Source of the DNA: Nymphaea colorata
Taxonomy: Eukaryota
DNA length: 64,000 bases
Assembly: GCF_008831285.2 (NCBI RefSeq)
Contig: NC_045138.2
Span: 36,146,001-36,210,000 of the forward strand
Direction: 5' to 3'
Each line of letters starts with the position of its first letter. Position 1 is the stretch's first letter. The translations under genes were made by a program, and so were the position numbers. Shown here piece after piece: positions 13,701 through 24,800 of the stretch. The notes under the pieces were generated by a model. That model made no database searches and was not told the DNA's origin. It saw only the letters and a program-made list of their open reading frames with translations.

Positions 13701-14237
13701 GGAAAGCAAGTGACAAACACTTCAGGAATATCTGCCACTCCACTTGACACTGGCTCTGGAGAAATACATCCAACCAGAGCACTTGATCCTGGCCTGGTCT
13801 ATGAAACACATCCTCATGACCACTTCGACTTCCTCTGCTACTATGGCTACTCACATGCTCAGATCTCATCCATCTCAGGCACCAACTACAGTTGCCCAAG
13901 CAACTCTTCTGAAATCCTAATATCCAATCTCAACTATCCCTCCATTTCCATCAGCAAGCTCGAGAGGCAAAATTTCACCACTAGGAGAGTCTCTAGGACA
14001 CTGACCAATGTTGGTCCCAGCGTTGATGCCATTTATACAGTCACTGTGGAAGCTCCCAATTCATTGAGTGTTGAAGTAACACCGCAGAAGCTCATCTTCT
14101 CTGCAAATGCCACAAGATTGTCGTATGATGCAGAGTTCACTGTCAAGGGTGCAGAGACGGGATATCAATTTGGTTTCATAACATGGTCAGATGGTGCACA
14201 TGTAGTTAGGACTACATTTGCAGTTAATGTGGTATAA
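7720..14237 (+). CDS. Subtilisin-like serine protease (S8A; SBT5/CO2-response secreted protease-like), 11 exons, ~776 aa
   Basis: Exons 7720-7806, 8155-8261, 8338-8435, 8521-8676, 9858-9969, 10051-10591, 10916-11016, 11246-11488, 12164-12278, 12908-13121 and 13681-14237, total 2331 nt in frame. Signal peptide; I9 prodomain ([16 protein letters not shown]); [10 protein letters not shown] maturation site; catalytic [18 protein letters not shown] and [11 protein letters not shown] domain; SSRGP; LNYPSI and FnIII-like C-terminus. Confidence 0.94.
9565..9800. mobile_element. MITE-like fold-back element in subtilase intron 4
   Basis: tgtgctcttgaaacaca (~9588) is the near reverse complement of tgtgtttcaagagcata (~9765). 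Boundaries approximate. Confidence 0.45.
11959..12047. repeat. ~44 bp direct tandem duplication in subtilase intron 8
   Basis: ttagaaaaa(a)gagaaaataaaatctttgggagaaaatttcaatta occurs twice, head to tail. Confidence 0.9.
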
Positions 14238-14903
14238 ATGTATCCCAGAATTAGATGAAAGTTAAAGGAGGCAATGTGTGGTTGACAATCATCTGTGCAG
14301 ATGGAGAAGAATTTTCACCACGACTAATTGTACTGATGTTCTGTTATTGGATTATTTGGAGGAGGAAAACAAATATAGAATAAAGGAAGAGCCGCAGATC
14401 GAAGATATGGACAAGTTGTAGACTGTGAAGAAATTTTTGCATTTATTTTTTGGTCTGACAGATTTGAAGAAAGAATTTGTGTTAGTTATGTAGTTTTGCT
14501 GTTTGTGTCCGTGCTTCTGGAAGACCCTGTTCAGTGATTTTTTCTTTTCTTTTTTTTTGGGCTTGTTTTCTTAATGTTACGTTGTGTAACATGACATAAA
14601 TTCTGGGATTAATTTATTAATTCCAATTACTAATCTGATTTTGAATCCATTTATTTGGCCGATTTACTGCAAACTTTTGAACCCGAATACAAACCACTCT
14701 CGAATTTGGCGTGCAGAATAATAACCAGATCCAAATTTTGAGTCTCATATCCCAACTAGGACAATAAATCAAGAAAAAATTCAAGATTGGTCAGTAGACA
14801 AAATTAAAAAGAAAAAGAACTTCAGCATTGAATGCTTGCCGTTTTTTTTCGAATCCCTGTTATTCAACTTTTGGAAAGGTCACGATTGACATATGTTCAA
14901 TTG

Positions 14904-17029
14904 TTCATGCTGTAAGGTTTAAAAACTTAATTTTAGAAACAATTATAAAACAATTAATTTCACTTGAACCATGAATTTATGCACAAATCGTTTTATTGTA
15001 AAAATCCAGTGAGCGAATATAGATTGTTTTCTTTAAATATCTTTAATGTTGTTATTACTAATTGTTTTGTTTCCAACCGTCCCCGTTGGAGTTATTCTTC
15101 CCGCTCCTTTTTTCAAGACTCTCGCTCGGAGAGGGTTTGGTTCTAGAAACCCTCGCTTCTCTAGGGTTTTCCTTCCTCGAGCAAGCAACCATCGCTCAGA
15201 AGGATCCTCATGAGAGAATCGAGCAACCCCTCTCTCTCTTTATAATTTTAATCTCTCGATCTCGATCATCTTTGCGCAACTCCCTGTCTCGCTCGATCTT
15301 TTAATGTTTCCCAATCGCTTCCACCATTCTTCAGTCTCATGTTCGCTGATCATTGGATGCTGTAGCTGGAGACATGGGGAGATCGATCGGCATCATCAAT
15401 ATTAGGGATTAGATTTCCCCTCAGACTGTGAGAAAAATTGTGATTCATTCAGGTAAATTGCCCGTCTTTTACTGTAATTCCCTTTGCTCGTGTTTATTTA
15501 CAGTGCATGTTTGAATAAGTGAAGATCTGATCTCATCTGTATTTGGAAGGTTGAGAGGCATTTTGCTATGTGCATGAGTCCTTGACCTGCTCACTTTCCT
15601 CTCTCTTTCGTTTATTTGGCATCTGACGTGACTCAGGAAGAACGAGGAGTTGTTCACCCCCACAGACGGAGGAGGTCAACAAGCAACTCGATCAGAGGTG
15701 TGCATCCCCTTCTTGTTTCTCTTTTCTTGGCCTTGTTATTTTAGATCTCCATTCATTGCTGTTATTTCAGATCAGGGTTGGCGTATTCATGCTTTTTCGC
15801 AGCCACTTTACGACTACAGTACATGTGCTAGTGATGAAAAGGACACGCCTATTCCTTTTCATGCTGTAAAATTGAAAAACTTAATTTTAGAAACAATTAT
15901 AAAACAATTAATTGCACGTGAACCATGGATTGATGCACAAATCGTTTTATTGTTAAAATCCATGAAGCGAATATAAGATTGTTTTCTCTAAATATCTTCA
16001 AATATTATTACTATTTATTTTGTATTCCGCGCGGTTGTCGTTATTACTAATTGTTTTGTTTCCAACCGTCGCCATTGGCGTTATTTTCCCGCCTCTTTTT
16101 CCAAGCGAGAGACTCTCGCTCAGCGAGGGTTTGGCTCTAGAAACCCCCGCTTCTCTGTTCGAGCAAGGGTTTTCCTTCCTCAAGCAAGCATCCATCGGTC
16201 AGAAGGACCCTCGTGAGAGATCGAGCAATCCCTCTCTCCAGCGAGGTTGGGTTTTAGAAACGCTCGCTCAGAGCGATGGAAAACCATCACGCGAATGAGG
16301 GTTTCACATAGCCCGCGGAACAGTCGATCGAGGGTTTGGACAACTATATCTCTCTCTTTATGTATTTTCTGTTTCTTTTGCAATCTCTCGATCTCGATCA
16401 TCTTTGCGCAACTCCCTGTCTCGCTTGATCTTTTGATGTTTCCCAATATCTTCCACCATTCTTGAGTCTCATGTTCGCTGATCATTGGATGCTGTAGCCG
16501 AAGACCTGGGGAGATCGATCGGTATCATCACTATTAGGGATTAGATTTCCCCTCAGACTGTGAGAAAAATTCTGACTCATCCAGGTAAATAACCCCTCCT
16601 TTTCTGTAATTCCCTTTGCTTGTGTTTATTTACAGTGCATGTTTGAATAAGTGAAGATCTGATCCCATCTGTAGTGGAAGGTTGAGAGGCATTTTGCAAT
16701 GTGCACGACCTGCTCATTTTTCTCTCTTTTTCGTTTATTTGGCATATGATTTTGTGACTCAGGAAGAACGAGGAGTTGTTCACCCTCACAGACGGAGGGA
16801 TCATGCGGCAGCTCCTCATTCATCTCAAGAGACGAAGGAGGTCAACAAGCAACTTGGTCAGTGGTATGCATCCCCTTCTTGTTTCTCTTTTCTTGGCCTT
16901 GTTATTTTAGGTCTCTATTAGTTGCTGTTATTTTAGATCAAGGTCGGGTTTATTGATGCTTTTTCACAGCCACTTTACGACTACAGTACATTTGCTAGTG
17001 ATGAAAAGGACACGCCTATTCTTTTTCAT
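14904..17029 (+). repeat. Diverged tandem duplication (~950 bp + ~1170 bp) of promoter/5' exon-like sequence
   Basis: Copy 1 is 14904-15857 and copy 2 is 15858-17029. Both start ttcatgctgtaa and end gatgaaaaggacacgcctatt...ttcat. Both contain agggttt motifs, CT-rich tracts, a cag|gtaaat donor and gactcag|gaag and tt(c/t)ag|atca acceptors. Copy 1 lacks several internal blocks. Confidence 0.9.
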
Positions 17030-17672
17030 AAGTCATTGTACAGCCACTAAAGTTTAAAATGTGATTTATAGACTTCCAGTTCCTCAATGAAATTTGTCAT
17101 ATATATAATTTTTATTTGTGGGATTGTCGAAGCTATAATGACATTAATGAAAAAACAGATGTCCTTTTGTTTTCTGCTTTCTGCAATTTGATTTGAGTGG
17201 TTTCAGTTGGAATGTGCTTTCTTACACAAGTATGTCGCTTTCAACTCAACATGTTTGTCCACATAAATCCTCTTGACAAAAATTGTACCATACTAAAGAT
17301 CAGATCCTTGTGAAACTATGTGAAATACTGAAATCATTCTCATTCGGCAGTTCAAGCTTATATACGTTAACAAGTACTTCATCCTGAAATCTCCTTTGGA
17401 GCTGCTGGAGAAAAGTGTTCGAGCTTAATTTTCCTCCTGAAATCTCTTATAGAGCTCTCATTATAATGTCTATCCATCATCTTATATTTGATTAAGATTA
17501 TACTTTGAGGGATAAGTGCAACTTCTTCAAGGTTAAGATGCAGGTACTTGGCACTTCAGTTCAGCAGCTAACACAACCCTGATAAGTGTCTTGGACACTT
17601 TAGTATGTGGCTGATTCCGATGTTTGTATGTCCTGTTTTCATCTAGACGTACACAGATTTATACTTCAGCCA

Positions 17673-17781
<109 letters not shown>

Positions 17782-18278
17782 GTGTTAACTTTCCACTTGT
17801 TATGTATTCTCTTTTGTTTGAACCATCTGCTGCAGTAACCACAACTACTTAAGTGTTAGTTTTTTTTTTTTTTTTCATATTCATAATTTTGTATGTTTGT
17901 TAGATATATATCCCAATTAAAGGCTATAATATATTATTATGTAGCAAGCACCAACATTGCTGTTTTCAAAGTTAGCACTTTCTCTCTTGTATAGAACAAT
18001 TGGTACTATTACTTTTCCCCAGATTTATTTGTGTCTCTTTCCTTGAGGAAAATGTGGAGTATGTCCTGATATTGTTATATTTAGTTGCTTTTGATGTTAA
18101 TGATATTAAATTACCATCAATTTTTTTGCTTTGATCAATAAACAGAATTTGTTTTCATCTGAATTTTGGCATCCAACCTTTGCTCTGGTCTATAACCTTT
18201 GGAGTCTATACAGAGATCAATTTTTTTTCAATCTATTATCATCAGTAATAACGGCATGTTTTGCTCCATCTGCAGTAG

Positions 18279-18741
18279 GATCTCGCACAGCAGGCTCAAG
18301 CCTTATCTCAATGGTGTAAATGCAAAGGGTATCAAGGACTGTTTGGATGCTGTTCTCAAAAGGAGACTTGTATTCAGAGTTGACACTGAACTTGTTGGAG
18401 AAGAATTGCTTCCTCAATATGAAGCTGATAAAATTGTTGGTATGCTTCTAGATTTAAGGGTACACACTGTCCATCGTTGTTTTTCTACATATGTTAGTAT
18501 TTTTTGAATGCAGCATGTTCTCCTTAATATATTGTGAATTTTATGTGTGAATTGGGCTTTATGATAATTGTCTGAAAAAAAGTCACAGCTTGCAATCAGT
18601 TGCTTTTCTTGCTTGTACTATCTTGCTAGAAAGTTTTTTCTGATTTTAGATATCTTGCATGAGCACCCTGAGTTTCATAAGAGGTCATTTGAACATGTTC
18701 TTGATTCCATTCACATGATAGTGGCTGGTCATCTTGGGCAG
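18279..18741 (+). pseudogene. Two in-frame orphan coding exons (gene fragment or pseudogene; possibly DeCL/DUF3223-like)
   Basis: Exon 18279-18439 (cagtag| ... g|gtatgc) joins exon 18650-18741 (tttag| ... cag|gtgggg) in frame, giving ISHSRLKPYLNGVNAKGIKDCLDAVLKRRLVFRVDTELVGEELLPQYEADKIVDILHEHPEFHKRSFEHVLDSIHMIVAGHLGQ. No intact upstream start was found. The domain identity is an inference. Confidence 0.5.
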
Positions 18742-19473
18742 GTGGGGGATGTTAGCAATATAATCGTACACACACACACAGAGACATGGGAATTGTTTCT
18801 ATTTTATTGTTTTTTACTTATACAATATCTGTTAGATTTTGCTGTACTGATACCATTGATGCCTTTTTGAATTTTTCAATAATTGCGTTCAGTGTTTTAT
18901 CTATGGAATATGATTATTATAGCCATTAACAACCACACAACCATTTTCACAAAAGGGAAATGTACTGGGTATAAGGCTGGCCCAAGTAGTGTACCATGGT
19001 GTTGCAGAAGGTTTGGCTACGTTAGGCGGGCTAAGCAAAAGAGAGTTCTTGGAAGAGTAAGTTGAGCATGACAACCTTAGTAGTAGGACTAACTTAGATG
19101 GGGTGTTATTTCCACCAAAAAATTTTCAACAATTAGGCCCTCCTCTTCCTTTTCTTAAAGATTTGTCTTTCTTGTGAGGAAGGTATCAAGAAGGTGGTTT
19201 ATTATCAATTTAGCATCATTGTCCAATAGTTGAGAGTTTGGACAATTATTCCATCATTTAGGTTTCCTCAACACCCACAGTCTCTGAGAAGCCTAGATGT
19301 TGCTTGTCCCATATTTCTATCATTCTATGTCGATTGCCATAAAGGAAAATGTGTGGCAGTTTCCACATTGACAGAATGAGATCTAGATTCACATGCCAAT
19401 AGGAGCCATTCATGAGTTTGACCTCAAAGCTCTTTAGTTTCTGTTAAAAAATGTCAAATCCTTCTGTTATGCA

Positions 19474-19511
<38 letters not shown>

Positions 19512-19545
19512 CATATATATATAATTTATTTATTTATTTATTTAT
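19474..19545. repeat. (TG)n(TA)n(ATTT)n microsatellite
   Basis: Direct reading. Confidence 0.9.
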
Positions 19546-19722
19546 TATACATACTTGTATATGTGAATATGTGCTCTTTTTGTAAATATGCTGTTTTTAC
19601 AGCTTCTTTGGATTTCAATAACATTAGTCTGATTCTCCATTTCCTTTGTGATTTGGATTTAGTGCCCATCAGTGTGAGATTGTTGTGGGTTCTGTATATG
19701 ACTGTTATCAGACATATTTTCA

Positions 19723-21820
19723 TGGTACCAGTGTCTGAAATTGTTGTGGTTCCAAGCTAGAAAAAAACTGTATGTTTACCAACTGAAGCTTCCTTGAAGA
19801 TTTCAATGATTCTCTTGATGCTATTTTGGATAGTTTTGGAGTTGATCTTCTGCTAGTGGATATTCTGATCAATGTTATTGACTACTACTGCAATCAAGTG
19901 GTTTTTTAAGGCTCATGATCTACGGTTTAGTGAAATTCTTGAGATAAAAAGGGTATAACACTAAGTATAGGAGTTGACCAAGGTTAAAAACATCCTTCTT
20001 CATTGGAAGCCTCCAAGAGGAACATTGATGGTGAAAACTGTCTGACACCGCTCAAATTGTGTGAAGCCAATTACATGTTGTAGTCAAAGTGTCTTGAGAT
20101 GCACATCAAATGAAGTCATCTTTGGGGCTACATTAATGGTACTTCTCTTCAGCCGTATCTTAAATTGACTAGAATTGGAAATGGAGAAGGACTTTGGAAG
20201 GGGATGAAAGACAATGATTTTAAATGATTATTATAAGAGTCTCAATGATTATTAAGAAATGAATATATGGAAATATTGAGCCTAGAATAGCTCAAAATCT
20301 CATTCACAATGAGAAGGCTAGTGAAGCTTGGGAATTCCTCAAGTGTGTGTTCATCCAAAAAGATATGGTTTGAAAGTGTCAATTTACTTTAAAGTTTGAA
20401 AATATTAAGCAAGAAGATGCAAGTGTTAGAGAATATTTTATGGAAATATCAAGTGTTTGGATGAAATTGGTCAACCTAGTCCCAGGCTTGTGAGTGGTTA
20501 CAATTGCCATGAAACTAGGGGATCTAACAACTAAGATTATTTAATGCCTCAAGGTTTAACGCACAAATTTGGTACCAGAGCCTGAAATTGTTGAGGTTCC
20601 GAGCTACTTGCTGCTGAAAGAAAAAAAAAATGCATGTTTACCAATTGAAGCTTCCTTGAAAATTTCAGTCATTCTCTTGATGCTATTTTTGGGAGTTGAT
20701 CAAGGCTAAAAACATCCTTCTTCAATGGATGACTCCAAGAGGAACATTTGATGGTGAAAACTATCTGACACCGTTCAAATTGGATGAAGCCTATTACATG
20801 TTGTAGTCAAAGTGTCTCGAGTTGCACATCAAAGGAAGAGATATTTGGGGTTACATTAAAGGTACTTCTCTTCAACCGTATCATAAATTGGTTAGAATTG
20901 GAAATGGAGAAGGACTTTGGAAGGAGATGAAAGACAACAATTTTAAATGATGATTATAAGAGTCTCAATGATTGGGAAGATAAGAATGCAAGAATTAAGA
21001 CATGAATACATGGAACTAATGGGCCTAAAATAGCTCAAAATCTCATTCACAATGAAAAGGCTAGTGAAGCTTGGGAATTCCTTAAGTTTGTGTTTCATCC
21101 AGAAAGATATGGTTTGAAAGTATCAATTTACTTTAAAGTTTGAAAACATCAAGCAAGATCTATTACATGTTGGAGAATATTTGATGGAAATATCAAGTGT
21201 TTGGATGAAATTGGTCAACCTGGTCCCAGTCTTGTGATTGGTTACTGTTGCCATGAAATTAGAGGATCTAACAACTAATATTCTTTCAATGCCTCAAGGT
21301 TTAAGGCACAAATTTGGTACTTGAGCCTGAAATTGTTGTGTTTCCAAGCTACTTGCTGCTGAATCAAGTGGTCTTTTAAGACTCTCATGATCAACTGTTT
21401 GGTGAAAATTTTGAGATAAAAAGAGTGTAACACTAAGTATAGGAGTTGATCAAGGCTAAAAACAAACATCCTTCTTCAATGGAAGACTCCAAGAGGAACA
21501 TTGATGGTGAAAACTATTTGACACCGTTCAAATTGGATGAAGCCAATTACATGTTGTAGTCAAAGTGTCTCTAGATGCACATCAAAGGATGACACCTTTG
21601 GGGCTACATTAAAGGTACCTCTCTTCAACCGCATCCTAAATTGACTAATATTGGAAATGGAGGACTTTGGAAGGGGATGAAAGACAACAATTTCAAAAAG
21701 AGTTCTCAATGATTGGAAAGCTAAAAATGCAAGAACTAAGAAACGAGTATAATATGGAAATATTGAGCCTTGGATAGCTCAAAGTCTCATTTACAATGAA
21801 AAGGCTAGTGGAGCTTGGGA
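19723..21820 (+). mobile_element. Three tandem degenerate Ty1/Copia PBS + leader + gag fragments
   Basis: Units start at 19723 (tggtaccagtgtc, preceded by ca), 20570 (tggtaccagagcc) and 21315 (tggtacttgagcc), resembling the tRNA-iMet PBS TGGTATCAGAGC. Each translates to Copia gag-like text, e.g. KLDEAYYML*SKCLELHIKGRDIWGYIKGT ... IAQNLIHNEKASEAWEFL ... FENIKQ, with stops and frameshifts. The third copy is truncated. Confidence 0.82.
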
Positions 21821-24800
21821 TTTGACCTCTGAACTATACCAAAGATAATAAAGTCAAATCAGATTAGACCTCTGATCTGTGCTAGAGATAAAAAAGTAAA
21901 TTCCAACATCAAAACTGGATAATGTTAGACCTCTGATCCATATATCAGGTTCCAAGTTCAATTCCAACATCTAAACCGGATCAGATCAGACCTCTAATCT
22001 AGACTTTATATTGAAAAGCAGAATCCAACATTTAAAACCGATCAGATTAGACATATGATCCAAACCATATATTGTAAGTCCAATCCAACATTTAAATCGA
22101 TAAAAGTAAACCATTGATTGGAACCCTATATCTTAAGTTTCCACTCTAACATTTAAAGCAGATCAGATTAGACCTCTACCTATGCGAAAGATAAAAAAAG
22201 TCGAATCCAACATCAAAACCGGATTAGATTAGACCTCTAATCCATTGTTTAGGTTCAAAGTTCAAATCCAACATCCAAACCAGTTTAGATGAGACGCTTT
22301 GATCGATGCCCTAGATCCTAAGTCTAATCAAACATTTTAATCGAATTAGATTTGACCTTCGGTCCATACCAAAGATATGAAAGTCTAATCCAACATTAAA
22401 ACCGGATCAGATTAGACCCCTGGTCTAGATGTTAGGTTCAACGTATAAATCCAACATCTAAACCAGATCATATCAGACCTTTGATCCAAACTGTTGATCA
22501 CAAATTGAAAGCCTACACTGAAAGCTGATCAGATTAGACCTCTGATCCTGTACCAAAATCGAAAATTGAAATTCAACACTTAAAACTGACCATATTAGAC
22601 CTTTGATCTATACCAGAAATAAAAAAAGTCAAATCCAACATCAAAACCAGATCAGACTAGACCTCTGATCCATATATCAGGTTCAAAGTTCAAATCCAAC
22701 ATATAAGCCGGGTCAGGTGAGACCTCTGATCCAGATCCTAGTTTGAAAATCAAAATCCCACACCTAAGACCGATCAGATTAAACCTCTGATTGAAAACCT
22801 AGATCCTACGCCCAATCCAACATTTAAAATCGGATCAGATTTGACCTCTGATCTATGCCAGAGATACAAAAGTCCAATCCAACATCTAAACCGGATCAGA
22901 TCAGACCTCTGATCTAGATGTTAAGTTCAAAGTCTAAACCTGACATCTAAACCATATCAAATCAAACCTTTGATCCAAACTGTTAATCAAAAATTGAAAG
23001 TCGACAGTAAATGCATATCAGGTTAGACCTCTGATATCAGCCCTAAATCAAAAATCAAAGTTCAACACGTAAAACTGATAAGATAAAAGTAAACCATTGA
23101 TTCAAACCCTATATCTTAAGTCCTCACTCCAACATTTAAAGCAGATCAGATTAGACCTCTGACCTATGCGAAAGATAAAAAAGTCGAATCCAACATCAAA
23201 ATCGGATTAGATTAGACCTCTAATCCATTGTTCAGGTTCAAAGTTCAAATCCAACATCCAAACCAGTTTAGATGAGACGCTTTGATCGATGCCCTAGATC
23301 CTAAGTCTAATCCAACATTTTAATCGAATTAGATTTGACCTCCGGTCCATAGCAGAGATACGAAAGTGTAATCCAACATTAAAACCGGATCAGATTAGAC
23401 CCCTGGTCTAGATGTTAGGTTCAACGTATAAATCTAACATCTAAACCAGATCATGTCAGACCTTTGATCCAAACTATTGATCACAAATTGAAAGCCTACA
23501 TGGAAAGCTGATCAGATTAGACCACTGATCCTATACCGAAATTGAAAATTGAAATTCAACACTTAAAACCGATCATATTAGACCTTTAATTTATACCAGA
23601 AATAAAAAAGTCAAATCCAACATCAAAACCGGATCGGACTAGACCTCTGATCCATATATCAGGTTCAAAGTTCAAATCCAACATCTAAACCGGGTCAGGT
23701 GAGACCTCTGATCTAGATCCTAGTTTGAAAATCAAAATCCTACACCTAAGACCGATCAGATTAGACCTCTGATTGAAAACCTAGATCATATGCCCAATCC
23801 AACATTTAAAATCGGATCAGATTTGACCTCTGATCTATGCCAGAGATACAAAAGTCTAATCCAACATCTAAACCGGATCAGATCAGACCTCTGATCTAGA
23901 TGTTAAGTTCAAAGTCTAAACCTGACATCTAAACCATGTCAAATCAAACTTTCGATCCAAACTGTTAATCAAAAATTGAAAGTCGACAGTAAATGCATAT
24001 CGGGTTAGACCTTTGATATCAGCTCGAAATAAAAAATCAAAATTCAACACATAAAACTGATAAGATAAATGTAAACCATTGATTGGAACCCTATATCTTA
24101 AGTTTCCACTCCAACATTTAAAGCAGATCAGATTAGACCTTTGACCTATGCGAAAGATAAAAAAGTCGAATCCAACATCAAAACCGGATTAGATTAGACC
24201 TCTAATCCATTGTTTAGGTTCAAAGTTCAAATCCAACATCCAAACCAGTTTAGATGAGACGCTTTGATCGATGCCCTAGATCCTAAGTCTAATCAAACAT
24301 TTTAATCGAATTAGATTTGACCTTCGGTCCATACCAGAGATATGAAAGTCTAATCCAACATTAAAACCGGATCAGATTAGACCCCTGGTCTAGATGTTAG
24401 GTTCAACGTATAAATCCAACATCTAAACCAGATCATATCAGACCTTTGATCCAAACCGTTGATCACAAATTGAAAGCCTACACTGAAAGCTGATCAGATT
24501 AGACCTCTGATCCTGTACCAAAATCGAAAATTGAAATTCAACACTTAAAACTGACCATATTAGACCTTTGATCTATACCAGAAATAAAAAAAGTCAAATC
24601 CAACATCAAAACCAGATCAGACTAGACCTCTGATCCATATATCAGGTTCAAAGTTCAAATCCAACATCTAAGCCGGGTCAGGTGAGACCTCTGATCCAGA
24701 TCCTAGTTTGAAAATCAAAATCCCACACCTAAGACCGATCAGATTAGACCTCTGATTGAAAACCTAGATCCTACGCCCAATCCAACATTTAAAATCGGAT

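Noticed and set aside
18400..18460. KIVGMLLD resembling the MLLE/PABC motif KITGMLLE
   Set aside because: GMLLD lies past a good splice donor at 18440, so it is probably intronic, and the spacing does not fit.
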